A DNA stretch of 61,275 bases, filler included, from Pirum gemmata (GCA_002812295.1; 13 parts of 13 records of this genome joined end to end with filler, not necessarily neighbours in it), one strand, 5' to 3'. Shown: positions 23,277 to 37,519, numbered from the whole stretch's first letter. The notes: a model not told the origin generated them from the letters alone. A program made the numbers and translations.

Positions 23277-24194
23277 GTGCTTTTCAGTTGTTTTGTCATT
23301 ATAAAATATACAATAAAATTTCATAGTACCAAATTAATATAATGTAAATCCATTTAATTTAATTTGGTATATTTTATTATCTATATATTGATTTAAAAAT
23401 GTCAATTTAAAGATTATAACCCTCCAAATAAATATTCAGAGTGACAAAATAAATGAAAAGCACGATAAATTTTTAATAAAAACTAGTCTAAATCAATGAA
23501 GGTAGGAGGGACTGAATTTAGTCTCTATCATCAATGATGTATTTCTTAATAGTATATTGGTCAGAAGACTTTTAAAATTCCTACTTCATAGCATAGCCAG
23601 TGGCCAGTACATCCCACTGTGCATCCCAGTGCACAAGTGCACACTGTCAGCTACACTATCGAAGTATCTGATAACTAGAGCTAGCTATTACTAACTAGAC
23701 TAGTAGACCTAGCTAGCTATACCAGGGTAGTGTTTTTCAGTTATTTGTTATAATAAAATATACAATATTATAAAGTACCAAATTAAAATACAATATAAAT
23801 CCATTTTATTTAATTTGGAACATTTTATCATCTATTCATTCGCTTAAAAATGTCAATTTAATTAAAGGTTATAAACCGCCAAATAAATGACATTGTGCAT
23901 AGTCTAACTATTCAGAGTAACAAAATAAATGAGAAGCATAATACTAAGTCTACATAATTTAATATTCATTTCAACTTTTTAAAATATGATACCATCTTCA
24001 TTTATTTTTATCATGCTTTTCAGTTGTTTTGTCAGCATAAAATATACAGTAAAGAGTACCAAATATAAATCCATTTTATTTAATTTGGTATATAATTATT
24101 TATAATCTGATTATGAATTTAAAAATATCAATATAAATATTATAAAACAAACAAAATAAAATATTCAGAGTGACAAAATAAATGAAAAGCACAA
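23277..24194. mobile_element. Cluster of three family A MITEs (23277-23465, 23730-23941, 24011-24194)
   Basis: Three near-full copies in the same orientation. Confidence 0.85.
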
Positions 24195-25704
24195 TATTTA
24201 TTCTACTATATGATACTGTTGAAGTAACTATCGTCTATCGATAGTTTAACAGTAGCTAACTAGCTACTAAGTCTACTAGCTAGCTAGAGTTTATTATTCA
24301 GGATATAATATGACATAGACTATGTATGAAATAATATAAAAACAAAACAAAACAAAAAAAATGAAAAAAAAAAAAAAAAAAAACTGACAAAAAAAAACTC
24401 TGATGACTGAAAACTGTATGATACATAATTCCAAACTTACGAACGATAATTCAATCATAATAACAATATCAGATAACATTTTTTAATTTACCTTGTTATT
24501 ATTATTATTGTTGTTGTTACTATTATAATTATTACTATTATTATTATTATTACTATTTTATTATTATTAATTAATATTAAAATATTATTATTATTAATTA
24601 TTATTATTATTATTATTAATTATTATTGTTATTATTATTATTATTATTATTAATTANNNNNNNNNNNNNNNNNNNNNNNNNNNNNNNNNNNNNNNNNNNN
24701 TTAATTAATTAANNNNNNNNNNNNNNNNNNNNNNNNNNNNNNNNNNNNNNNNNNNNCAGGCAGTCAGTAATTTAAGTTTTGGTTTGTTATCTGTATAGTT
24801 GCAAATTGAAAATAATATAGCTATGTTCATTGTATGAAGTAGCTTTTTATAATAAATTATTTTGCAATATACAAAACTACTCATCTTAATTCCATTTCCC
24901 ACTAATACCCCATGTGTATAATTAATTTAACTTCGAGAATTAGTAATATTGATGTTATTTTTTATTGCCATTGAAGAAACTGAAAAATTATTATCATTGA
25001 CACTATAATAATAATAATAATAATAATAATAAACAAATCACAAAAACAATAACAACAATAGCGATAATACCATACAACGTAACAACAACAGCACTACCAT
25101 AGTAATAGTGTCAATGGTGATAGAATATAATATATTATGTGAAAATAGTAATTATTATTATTATTATTATTATGTTTTAATTATAATTATTATTGTAATT
25201 ATTATTATTATTATTATTANCCCTTGATTTGGTCATGATTCGGTAGATTGATTGTGTGAAAGAATACTGAAAGAATTTCTTTTTGTGGTTGGTTTCTGTG
25301 AGTTTTCTGTGTGAGTTTTTTTGAGTGTTTTTATTATACTGTGTTTTTTGTGTAAGAATTTTTTTTAAAAGTTTTTTCAAGGACTTGGTTTTTTTTTATC
25401 AGACCATGAGGGATTGAGCCTCATAACTGCCTCTTGATTCTATTATTATTATTATTTTACTAAATATGTAATAATAATAATAATTAATTTTTATATACGT
25501 TAATTAAAACAGTACTATTGTTTATTCCAAATTAAAACAATACCATTAATAAATAACTATAATAAGTAAAGAACTATGAATATGAAATAGAGTAGGAGCC
25601 GCAGAATCAACATTGAATAAACTATGTATGTGATGTATGAGTATGTATGATATATCATCACTATCGATATGATTATCAGAAATTTTTACCTGCAACTGAT
25701 TTGA

Positions 25705-25937
25705 TGTTTGATGTTTGTTGTTTGTTGTTTGTTGTTTGTTGTTTGTTGTTTGTTGTTTGTTGTTTGTTGTTTGTTGTTTGTTGTTTGTTGTTTGTTGTTT
25801 GTTGTTTGTTGTTTGTTTGTTGTTTGTTGTTTGTTGTTTGTTGTTTGTTGTTTTTTTGTTTTTTTGTTTGTTGTTTTGTTGTTTTGTTGTTTTGTTGTTT
25901 TGTTGTTTTGTTGTTTTGTTGTTTTGTTGTTTGTTGT
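25705..25937. repeat. (TTGTTGT)n/(TTGTTGTT)n satellite; also 27513-28010 and reverse at 31860-32120
   Basis: Direct reading. Confidence 0.9.
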
Positions 25938-26350
25938 AGTAAACGTAGGTAGGTAATTAATATAGCTGGTGATAATATTATTATCTGAGAAAAAAATAAA
26001 TTATTAAAAAACATAATCATATTTAGGTTTCTAAAAAAATCGTAACAATGTCATAGAAAAAAGTGCAGTAGATCTATTGGCTGAATTATTATAAATTAGC
26101 CTTCTAAATTAACATTCCTAGTCTACATATTGTCTTGAAAAAACCAGGTGGCCAAATTTTTTCTGTCGGTTCGAACATTTCGAACACATTCAATTTATAT
26201 ATTCGAAATAGAATATTATTATTACTATGTCCCAAAAAGTTGGGGATTCTTAGACGCAATGGTTGTTAGGTTTTCCAAGTTTTCCAAGCCGAGGCTGGCA
26301 GGTTGCTGACTGTGCTGAGTGGGTTAGAGTTATGATTTGGTTAATTAAGG

Positions 26351-26808
26351 CAGGGTTGTGTGACTTGTGTAGGGTTTCGGAAATTCGGATAGCCGAACCG
26401 GTCGGATCGAGATTGGAAGGTCGTCCGGCCGGGTCGGGCGGGACGAATGCTTAAAAAAATCCGCCCGCACCTTGCTGTTATTTCTAAAGTAAGGGAGCGT
26501 TGAAATAATACGTTACGTCAAGGGGTAGGTAGGTAGGCGGTATTTGACCGGAAATTAACGTCAAGGGGTAGAGAGGTAGGCTGTACTTGACTGGAAATTG
26601 GCGTTACGTAGTATTTGAACGCTCCCTGACTTGTAAAAATTACCAATAAATATCACCAATTATGGTAATCAAAGTACTAAATATAGACCAGACAAAACCA
26701 CTTGATCGGATATGGGCGGGATAAATTTTTTTCGGGACGGGACAAAAAAAAATGCCGGATCAGGTCGGCGGGAATTTTGGTAAAAAAAGTTTGGATTTAA
26801 CAACCCTG
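26351..26808. mobile_element. hAT-like non-autonomous element (CAGGGTTGT...ACAACCCTG) with GC-rich subterminal repeats
   Basis: CAGGG termini and GGGCGGGA/GTCGG motifs. The related end CAGGGATGTCAAATCC occurs at 56382. No 8-bp TSD visible. Confidence 0.55.
26493..26626. mobile_element. Family C PIF/Harbinger-like MITE nested in a hAT-like element
   Basis: GGGAGCGTT.AAATA ... TATTTGAACGCTCCC; flanks TAA and TGA. Confidence 0.8.
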
Positions 26809-26829
26809 GGTTACTATTGGGTCTGGAAC

Positions 26830-26958
26830 TTAGGGTTAGGGACTGTTAGGGTTAGGGTCTAGCTAGGGGTTAGGGTTAGGGTTAGTAGGGTTGGGGTTAG
26901 GGTTAGGGTTAGGGTCAGGGTCAGGGTTAAGGTTAGGGTTAGGGTTAGGGTAGGGTTA
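26830..26958. repeat. Interstitial degenerate (TTAGGG)n
   Basis: Direct reading. Others at 10065-10083, 36033-36197, 38314-38350, 45167-45240, 45557-45577, 53541-53560 and 55485-55511. Confidence 0.9.
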
Positions 26959-27130
26959 TAGATATAGTATATTATATTATATTATATTCCTTTTTTGGTA
27001 CAAAATTCGCTAACTAGCCGAATGGCCAGTGGTGTAGGCCCCGTAGGGGGATTAGAGATTTATATAATATAATTATATCCCTATCTAGATCGTTTATTGG
27101 TGGACTTTTGGACTTGTTCTAAAGACTGTT

Positions 27131-27235
<105 letters not shown>

Positions 27236-27324
27236 TTCTCAGAGTTCAACTTCGAAAGACCTAGCTAGTCTACTTGTTCTTTAGAGTAGCAGCTGTCTAG
27301 CTAGTGTATGATAATATTATGATA

Positions 27325-27480
27325 TCGTCTATTTCACTAAAGTTGCCCTCTCGATCTTTAATTTGGTACGGTTTAAGTGTATAATTGAACTTGTTTATAA
27401 AATAAAAAATTAAGTATAAAATACCAAATTAATGGTATGTTTAATTCAGTTTTTGAACTGGATAACATTATTGAAAAAAA
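27325..27480. mobile_element. MITE family B (internal deletion)
   Basis: TA|TCGTCTATTTCAC start and B core. Confidence 0.75.
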
Positions 27481-29543
27481 CATTAGACTCCTGGAGCAGT
27501 GCCAATTACAAGATGTTGTTTGTTGTTTGTTGTTTGTTGTTTGTTGTTTGTTGTTTGTTGTCTGTTAACGTTGTTTGTTGTTTGTTGTTTGTTGTTTGTT
27601 GTTTGTTGTTTGTTGTTTATTGTTTATTGTTTATTGTTTGTTGTTTGTTGTTTGTTGTTTGTTGTTTGTTGTTTNNNNNNNNNNNNNNNNNNNNNNNNNN
27701 NNNNNNNNNNNNNNNNNNNNNNNNTTGTTTTGTTGTTTTGTTGTTTTGTTGTTTTGTTGTTTTGTTGTTTTGTTGTTTTGTTGTTTTGTTGTTTTGTTGT
27801 TTTGTTGTTTTGTTGTTTTTTGTTTTGTTGTTTTTTGTTTTGTTGTTTGTTGTTTGTTGTTTGTTGTTTGTTGTTTGTTGTGTGTTGTTTTGTTGTTTTG
27901 TTGTTTTTTGTTTGCTGTTTTTTGTTTTTTGTTTGTGGTTTTGTTGTTCAATGTTTATTGTGTATTGTGTGTTGTATGTTGTGTGTTGTTTGTTGTTTGT
28001 TGTTTGTTTGTTCTTTGCCATGCGACTGTAGGTTGTATACAGCTGTATTGTATATGTGTATATGAGTTGTGTATGTTAAAACGTTGCTTTTTAAAACTTG
28101 TATGTTGTTGTTGATTGTGTTGTTATAAATTACCGGTACTCTGGCTTTTATAATTTTTTATTAAAACTGGAATCCTAGGCCTGGATTAAAAAAGTAATTA
28201 TAGTAAATTTTTAAAAAATGATTTTTTTTATAATAAAAATAATAATTGTAATAATAAACGTGTTCTTATTATAAAACATGATAATGATAATTGGCCTTTT
28301 CCAAATAAAGAAAAGAATATAATATTATATTTTTTTCAAAAGTGTACAATTATATTATTATATGTAGATAAATAATATTTACTGTTATTATTATTATTAT
28401 TATTATAACAAAAAAAATAAAAAATAAATAAATAATAAATTAAAAAAAAACTTATTTTCTCAGTAGTTGTGGTTTTATTAGAGAGAGACAGATGACTAGT
28501 ATTTTATTCTAATTTCCCCTAATTTCCCAGTGACCTAGGAACTGACTATAGTCTAGGTTTTATTTAATACATATGTATCTGACATATGTATGAGACGTGC
28601 TTTTCAGTTGGCACAAAATATCCAATAAGGAGTACCAAATCAAAACTATATAAATCCATTTAACTTAAAATTTGGCATGTTTTAATTAAATTTACTATTT
28701 TTTTTATTCATTTAAAAATGTAAACTATAAAAAGTTATAACCCACCAAATAAATGAAAAACACAATATATTTATATAGTAATTAATATTAATGAAATGTC
28801 CAATAAAGAGTACCAAATCAAAACTATATAAATCCATTTCATTTAATTTGGATGCTTTAATTAATGTTATAAAAAATTACTATTTATTTATTAATTAAAT
28901 GTAAATTAAAAAAGGTTATAACCCACCATCTGAACCCACCACAAATAAATGAAAATCACAATATTATTTCTATAGTATTAATACTATAAATGAAAAGCAC
29001 AATATTAATATATTTATTATATTATAGTATTTCCTTCTCCTTTCTTTTTAGGGAATGTGCCAGGTGCAAAATTATCATTTTTCATATTATAACAAGGTTA
29101 CTATTTACCTTCCACTCATATATTTCCGTGTTAACTTCCTTATCAATCACCTAGTTAGACTAGTGTATTGTAATATAAACATTATATTTGTTATAATTCT
29201 TATTCCCAAAGAATTAACAAAACTTAATACTGTAAGACTCTGTAAGTGTATACCTAACATCTTTAAAACGATATTATAGAGATTATATTATATAATATAT
29301 TTAAATTTGATCTTGGAAAAAAAATAAAAAATAAAAAAAATAACTGAGAATTAACAAATTTATGGTTTTAATAATTAATTAACTAAAAAAAAAAAAAATG
29401 AATACTTTTGATTAAAATTGAAGTAATAATAAAAAATATAACACTCATCCGCAGCGCATTATTATTATTATCATTTCTTACTTACATTAATTAACTAAAA
29501 AACACCTATTAACTTTACAAAAAAATATATATAAACAAGAAAA

Positions 29544-29624
29544 ATGCCAAACTCTTGCCCTGTAAGCGATCTTGTTAACACTCAATCTTATGCTGCTTGG
29601 CATGCATTTAATGATTTTCATTAT
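29544..29624 (+). CDS. Probable first coding exon of an unknown gene (MPNSCPVSDLVNTQSYAAWHAFNDFHY)
   Basis: AAAATG start, coding-like composition, GTAATT donor. The contig ends just after it. Confidence 0.4.
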
Positions 29625-29815
29625 GTAATTGAAAATNNNNNNNNNNNNNNNNNNNNNNNNNNNNNNNNNNNNNNNNNNNNTTAATTAATTAANNNNNNNN
29701 NNNNNNNNNNNNNNNNNNNNNNNNNNNNNNNNNNNNTAATAATAATAATAATGACTAGTATCCAGTATCTAATTGATAATACATAAATTCAATATAATAT
29801 TGCATAAATATTCAG

Positions 29816-29993
29816 AGAAAGTGATTGGATGGATCCAAAGGGTGGGCAAGAAGCTATGAAAAAAATGAAAGGGATTAAAACCAACATTGAAATTGTTGAA
29901 AATGCAGGACACAACATATTCATTGACAACCCAACGGGCTTTAACAACTTAGTGATCAAAGAAATAGAAAAAACAAAAAGTAAAAAAGTTTAA
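29816..29993 (+). CDS. Terminal exon of an alpha/beta hydrolase, ABHD4/ABHD5 (Ict1/Cld1)-like
   Basis: Acceptor ttcag. ESDWMDPKGG...IVENAGHNIFIDNPTGFN matches the family C-terminal DWMD and AGH-x4-D-NP-x2-FN motifs. Not in the ORF track. Confidence 0.8.
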
Positions 29994-30183
29994 AACATGG
30001 GTTAGGTAGGATTAAGGTTATATGATGATACGTATGATAATATTAATCGATAATATATGATAATATTATCAATAATGGAATAATAATAACAGTTACTATT
30101 TTATTCTCTTTTATTATCAAATATATTAATAATATTATCATTATATAATATTATATCATAATAATAATTGTAATATAAGTGCA

Positions 30184-30358
30184 CGTGCTTTTCATTTATT
30201 TTGTCACTCCGAATATTTATTTGGTTATTTATAATATTTAAATTGATACTTTTAAATAAACAAATATATAATAAAACATACCAAATTAAATGAAATGGGT
30301 TTATATTGTATTAATTTGGTACTATTTATTTTACATTTTATGACGACAAAATGCACGA
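30184..30358. mobile_element. MITE family A
   Basis: CGTGCTTTTCATTT ... GCACGA|TA. Confidence 0.8.
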
Positions 30359-31397
30359 TAGACCCCGGTCTAGCTAGGTCTACCTACGACTAGCACGATA
30401 GACTACTACTAGACTACAACTACTAATAATATATATAAATCCCGCCGGCACCATATATGGTAAAACATGTTACAAATTTCTTGTTTTGGTTATAATAATT
30501 ACATAAATAGGTATATAATTATGAATATAAATTTTTTGGAAATTCTGTCTTCTTATGGTAATATATGGGTTCATTGATAGACCCAGCGGCTAGCTAGCTA
30601 GCTAGTACTAGACCTAGAGTCTACCACTACTGGCGATAGATGGGGTCTAGACTCTAGACCCCTGTTAGCTAGCACGATACGATCTAGACTATCTGTAGTG
30701 GGGGGTCTAGACGATAGAAAGGGCTGATAGAAAGGGTAGTCTAGTCTATACGATATAGACGATATTCTAGAGACGATATTGTAGACTAGCTAGGTAGATA
30801 TTGTAGACTAATATAAATATACCAAATAATAGGAGGGATGAGATGACGTCATCTTACCAATTGGATGCTCGGACCGGCGAACTTCCAGAAATTTGCCTAA
30901 AGTTACTATAAATAGTATAATAAACTATTTTTAAAGTAACTACTTAAATAGGTAGTTACTAAATAAATAATTACAAATACTAAATATGGTAAGGCGAAAC
31001 AGGCGAACAACATTTACTTTGTGCCTCGGTCAAAAAAGTTCNGTTTTAATTAATTTGGTATTTTATATACTTAATGTTGCACTTTTTTTTACCTTGTTTT
31101 TACCTTTAAATGGTAGGTTTTAAATTAGACCTACAGTTTTTAATTAATTTGGTACTTTATAAATATATCGTCATTCTGTTGTTGTCGTCATTCGTGATGT
31201 CATCGTTTCATAGTCTTACTATAGTCTATCTATAGTCTATTTCAACATTGTTGTTGTTGTTGTTTTTTAATAACCAATCAAAAGTTAAATTTAATTTAAG
31301 CTGTTGCTAAAAAAGGGAATTATCTTTTTTGGTGGGAAATTAGGGGAATATGATTAGAGGAAATTTATAAGAGTGTTTATAATATTATTATTTTTAA

Positions 31398-31643
31398 CTA
31401 CCAAGCCTACCAAGCCGGATAAAAATGGCGACATCTCAAAAATCCAAAAAATCTCAAAATGGTCCAATTATAATACAAATGCTGCCAAATAATGAGAAAT
31501 AGTTTAACTAATAAAGCTCTATTATGAACCAATAGCCAGATTTTAAAAATAATTTGGCTTGTTGTTATTAAGATTTTTAGAAAAGAAGCCTTAAAAAAAA
31601 ATGATTTCTATAGTTTTATAACTAGTTTTATCCGGCTTGGCTG
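31398..31643. mobile_element. MITE family E, TTAA-flanked (TIR C..CCAAGCCGGATAAAA)
   Basis: TTAA at 31394-31397 and 31644-31647. Other copies at 48454-48687, 49923-50155 (reverse), 51279-51500, ~22843-23028 and ~41140-41310. Confidence 0.8.
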
Positions 31644-32969
31644 TTAAAAAAAAAAAAAAATACTTTGAAATATCATTGTATTTTATCTGTGTGGGCATAT
31701 AGGGGGGGGGTATAGGCATGACTTAAATATGCCTTAAACCTTTTAAATTGTATTTAGGGTATGGTACTAAGGGATTAAAGACATATATTGTTTTATCAAA
31801 AAAGGAATTTTTTTTGCTTTATATAGATAAATGAAAGTCCGATGATAATTACAACTGAAAAAACAACAACAAACAACAAACAACAAACAGCAAACAACAA
31901 ATATTATGAACAACACATTTTTAAAACAATAAACAATAAACAATAAACAATAAACAGCAAACAAAAAACAAAAAACAACAAACAACAATTAACAAACAAC
32001 AAATAACAAATAACGCAACAAAATTTAATAACGAACAACAAAACAATAAACAATAAACAATAAACAACAAACAACAAACAACAAACAACAAACAAACAAC
32101 AACAAACAACAATAACAAATATCAATGGCAACTACAAAAACACAATAATATAACAGTACTAGTAGAAGTAATAACAATTGTTTAAATTTATAATTAGGAT
32201 ATACAATATTAATGACCTGGCAACAACCAAGACATCAAGGTAAGAGTTAGCAATAAATAAATATCAATTCTCATTGGCAATTACTAGTGTAACAACAACC
32301 AACAACAAGAAGAAATTTAAAGTATTAATACTATTAATAGGAATAGCAGTTATAACATTTATTGTAATCAGCAATAACTAATTAATAATAAGAACGTTTT
32401 AATTAACGTTATAATATAATTAACATTAATATTATTAATTAACAAAATTTAATGTTTTAAAGACAATGAAAAAACCTTCAATAACAAACCAACAAACAAC
32501 AACAAACACAACATAACAAACCAACAACCCAACAAACCAACAAACGAACAAATAGTGAAAAAGATAGCAAACGAACACATGAATACATAATATAATATTA
32601 TAATATAATATTAATATTAATATTATAATTATATATAATTATTACTATAGACACTTTTTGCGATTATATAGAGGATAACTGTAATAAAATAGACGATATA
32701 ATATAAATCATATTTATTAATAACAATTATAAATTAATAATTAAAAAAACAGGAATGTTTTAAAAGTATAGGGACTAAATATAACTATACAATATAAAAT
32801 TATTAATATTTGACTACATATTAATTAATATTATAATTATAGAGTAATAATAATATTTATAATATTATACTAATAATCATAATTTTAATTATAATAATTA
32901 ATCATAATAATCATAATAATAATCATAATCATAATAATAATCATAAGAATCATAATAATAATAATAATG

Positions 32970-33023
<54 letters not shown>

Positions 33024-33259
33024 TTAATAATAATGTTTTAAAACAATACCATTATAAGTGCACTTATATTATATGTAATTATTAATAATTATCAAAGATT
33101 AAAATTACATTTACTTCTTCTACTAGTTCTACAACTTCGACTATAGCTACTGTTACCACCACTACTGCTATGGCTGCTACTACCACTGCCACTACCACTA
33201 TTACTACCACTAATACCACTACTACTTTATCTAAATTATACCTACTACTATAATCTAGT

Positions 33260-33520
<261 letters not shown>

Positions 33521-33642
33521 ATATTAATACTATTATATTACTAGGTATAAGACTACTACTACTAGCTAGTAGAAAAAAAAGCAAAATAAAAAGTAGTTCT
33601 CTTTGTAGACTGTTTAGTCATATGCTTGGTTTAGTATTATAT

Positions 33643-33805
33643 ATCTATTTCATTACAGTTATCCTCTCAATCTTTAATTTGGTAGTAATTAAGTGTATAA
33701 TTGTACTTTTTTATAAAATAAAACATTAAGTATAAAATACCAAATTAATTAAAACATGTCTGATAGTTTACAATTTGGTATGTTTATTTCAATTGAAAAA
33801 TACGA
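33643..33805. mobile_element. MITE family B
   Basis: B core with both ends slightly deleted. Confidence 0.78.
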
Positions 33806-35003
33806 TGAAACCTACCCTACTAAAAGTTCTCTACAGCTAGCTATAGTGTTAGTAGTAGTAGTAGTAGTAGTAGTAGTGATAGTAATAGTAGTAGTAGTGG
33901 GAGTAGTAGTAGTAATAGTAGTAGTAGTAGTAGTAGTAGTATTAATAGTAGTATCTGATACTAGCTAGTAATATGATAGNNNNNNNNNNNNNNNNNNNNN
34001 NNNNNNNNNNNNNNNNNNNNNNNTTAATTAATTAANNNNNNNNNNNNNNNNNNNNNNNNNNNNNNNNNNNNNNNNNNNNAATTTGGTATATTTTATTATC
34101 TATATATTGATTTAAAAATATCAATTTAAAGATTATAACCTTCCAAATAAATATTCAGAGTGACAATATATAAATGAAAAGCACGATATGATAATATTAT
34201 GATAAATCCAGTCTGTAGACTAAGGCTATGATAGGTGGCCGTGATTGTGATTTGTGACTTTTTTGGAAAAATGTCCAAAATTAGAAATTTATTTCCTAAA
34301 AACTACAGTTTTAGAATCCTAACAAATCCTGTTAGAGGATGTTAGAGGATAATGCTGGAGGATATTGTGATTCTGTGAACAGTGTAAAATCTGTGATTAG
34401 GTACAGTGATCATAAGGACAGCTGTCAATGGCCAGATGTCAATCTCAAAATGGTATTGACAGTTGGCTATTGGGTGATCTCAACTCTCAATGTCTCTCAT
34501 TGTTTCTCCACTGCTTGCTCTTGACAAGTGTTTATTTCCCAGGCAGCTGTAGCCTCAGTCTGTCCGACTCTGTAGCAGAGCAGGTGATTATTTCAAAGGA
34601 TTATTTCGTATTTCTATGCATACAACCGAAAGAAAAGAATAAACAGCATAATAATAAAATAATAGTAAAAATAATAAAAGTACCTTCACATAAATATCTT
34701 GGGTGATGTTCCCAGAAGTATAAAGTGTCTCAAGTTGAATGGAAGTCCCCACATAATTCATATAATGACTAGCAACATTGCTATCTTCCAGCTGCTGTAT
34801 ATATACAATACTTATACAATGCCAGGTACATTTGTCTGTATGAAACAAAAAATGATCAATTAACAATAATTTTATTATACAATTGAACAAGTTGCATATA
34901 ATGTTAAGTAGTAGTATTCTGGTGTATAATTTTATAATAATTAAAAAATCATAATTATTATGATGTATCATAGTCTACCACAAATCAGTATTTATATATC
35001 ATG

Positions 35004-35217
35004 TCGTGCTTTTCATTAATTTTTTCACTCTAAATATTTATTTGGAGGGTTATTATAATCTTTAAATTGACATTAATTTTTTAAATCAATACATAATATA
35101 TAGATAATAAAATATACCAAAATTTATCATATGGATTTATTAATATTGTATTTATTTGGTACTATTTATTGTATAATATATTAATATTTTATGATAACAA
35201 AACAACTGAAAAACACT
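35004..35217. mobile_element. MITE family A with several small internal insertions
   Basis: TCGTGCTTTTCA ... ACAACTGAAAAACAC. Confidence 0.8.
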
Positions 35218-36032
35218 ATATTAATATTAATACTATGTCATAATTTTCAATAACACTAGTGACACTACTAGACGTCTACTATGATACTGCATGATACCAT
35301 AAATTCAACAAAGAAAAACGCAGAAGCATTATTATATTATAAGAATTTCGATTGATTGGACATTATGGTGATGATGATGATGATGATGATAAAGGTGATA
35401 ATATATTATTATGAAGCTGTTTTAGTTTATGATTGTTTATACGCTGATTTAATACTACGGAAAAAACAATGTTACATTAAATAGAAGGGTCAGGGAAGCT
35501 GTTTGTATAGGTATCAGGGATTAGGGATTAGGGATTAGGGGATAAGATAAATGTTTGGGTGGTTAGAAACCTGTTAGAAAGCTTATTTTAATTAATACTC
35601 CGGCGTGTCCTGGAATTTTATTCAGCATGCCACACAGTTTAGAAATAATTATTACAAGTTTACGTAGGGAAGTGTTGGGATCTACAGGCCTGGATCTACA
35701 CACTTTAAAAAATTTGTAAACACATGTCAGGCTTTTATATTAAAACTTTATATAATTATCATATTTTTATCTATAATTAATTTTTTTAAAAAAAGCCTCT
35801 CTGAGAAGGCTCTTTCTCACAACAAGAGCCTATTATATTATCAACCATATCCTATAATAACCCTACGATAGCTAAAACTGAATAGCTTTATTAATATGGT
35901 GCATTAAACCTATGACTTACCAACTTTTGGGTGATTTTCATATCCTTATTTCTCGAGTCCAGTTGCAAATGCAAAAAAAGGCTGTGGGTGACTTGGGTCC
36001 AGACATGCGAGTCATGCGATTAATAAATCATA

Positions 36033-36197
36033 GCCCTAAGTTCCCTAACACCTAACCCCTTACCCACTAACCCTAACCCTAACCCTAACTAACCCTAATT
36101 AACCCTAACCCTAACCCTAACCCTAACCCTAACCCTAACCCTTAACCCTAACCCTAACCCTAGCCCTAACTCTAAGCCTAACCCTAACCCTAACCTA
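36033..36197. repeat. Interstitial (CCCTAA)n
   Basis: Direct reading, mid-contig. Confidence 0.9.
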
Positions 36198-36998
36198 ATT
36201 TTCAACGGTTCTTGTGCTCAGGAGCCAAATATTGCTCATGTGGTGTTTTCTCTCTAGAGCTAGATATATAATCATATGCTAGTAGTTGTATACTAGCTAG
36301 CTAGCTACCAGCTACATAGCTACATTGACAGTAGATGACAGTAGACTGATAGTAGCCTGTAGACTCTGTAGACCCAGTACTAGTCTAGCTAGCTAGTCAG
36401 TACTTTAATTAAGCTGTACTTTAGTTATCATTATCAATAATATCAAAAGACTAACTAGCTACTAGCTAGAGTCTAGAGAGAAGGTGTAGCTGCTATTTTT
36501 TTTTTTTTTTTACCTAGTCTATGTAGTCCTATGTCATATTATTATGATATAAAAATAATATACGAATCTTATAATACGATAATTGAAAATACCGGTATGT
36601 CAAAAACACTCACTTTAATTACTTCATATGATAAAAAAGGTTTTTAAATCCGAAGATTGGAGTCTAATAAAGAGAACCATGTGATTCGTAGACTCGTTCT
36701 ATGTCAACTTTGGAGTTGCTACTAGCTAGCTAGCTATCGATAGTAGCTATCATAGCTAGCTAGAGATATCGATAGCTTAGCTACTAGCTAGCTTAGTACT
36801 ATCGATAACTCTAGCTAGCTAGTAGTATCGATAGCTAGCTAGCTAACTAATGATTATGTTTGTTATTTTGTTAGCCTTTGGGGTCAACACTCGATAGGCT
36901 AGCTAGCTAGCTAGACTGGACCTACCGGTCTATTGATTGACCTGCTAGACTACTAGCTAGCTGGTAGACTAGATACATATTACATATTACAGTAGTAA

Positions 36999-37221
36999 GG
37001 GTGAGATGACGTCATTTTATTATTACCGAACTGCTGCCGGAACTTTTCCGATTTTTATGGTTTTATTACTATTAATGTTAATATTATTACTGTAATTGGT
37101 ATATACTATAATTAGATTTACTATTTTAAGCTATATAACTGCTATTATTAGTAAGGAATACGGAACTAAGGTTGGCTCGATAAGCATCTGTTCGAAAAAA
37201 GTTCCAGTAGATATCTCACCC
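36999..37221. mobile_element. MITE family D
   Basis: Alignable end to end with 1379-1610. Confidence 0.75.
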
Positions 37222-37519
37222 TTTGTCATCATACCGGTAAAATATACAATAAATACTACCAAATTAATACAATATAAATCCATTTACTTTAATTTGGCAT
37301 GTTTTATTATTTATTTATTGATCTAATAATATCAATTTAAATATTATAACCCGCCAAATAAATATTCAGAGTGACCAAACAAATGAAAAGCACGATATTA
37401 ATAATTTATATTGATTTGGTATTTTAATAGCCTTTATTGGGTAGTTTATGATGATGGAACCAGATTTGGGTCTTTCAGAACCTTATAAAGTAAAGTAAAA
37501 TAAAAAAATTGTTCTTGTT

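Noticed and set aside
29544..29993. Joining the 29544 exon and the ABHD exon into one gene
   Set aside because: They are separated by an artificial contig spacer, so there is no evidence of linkage.
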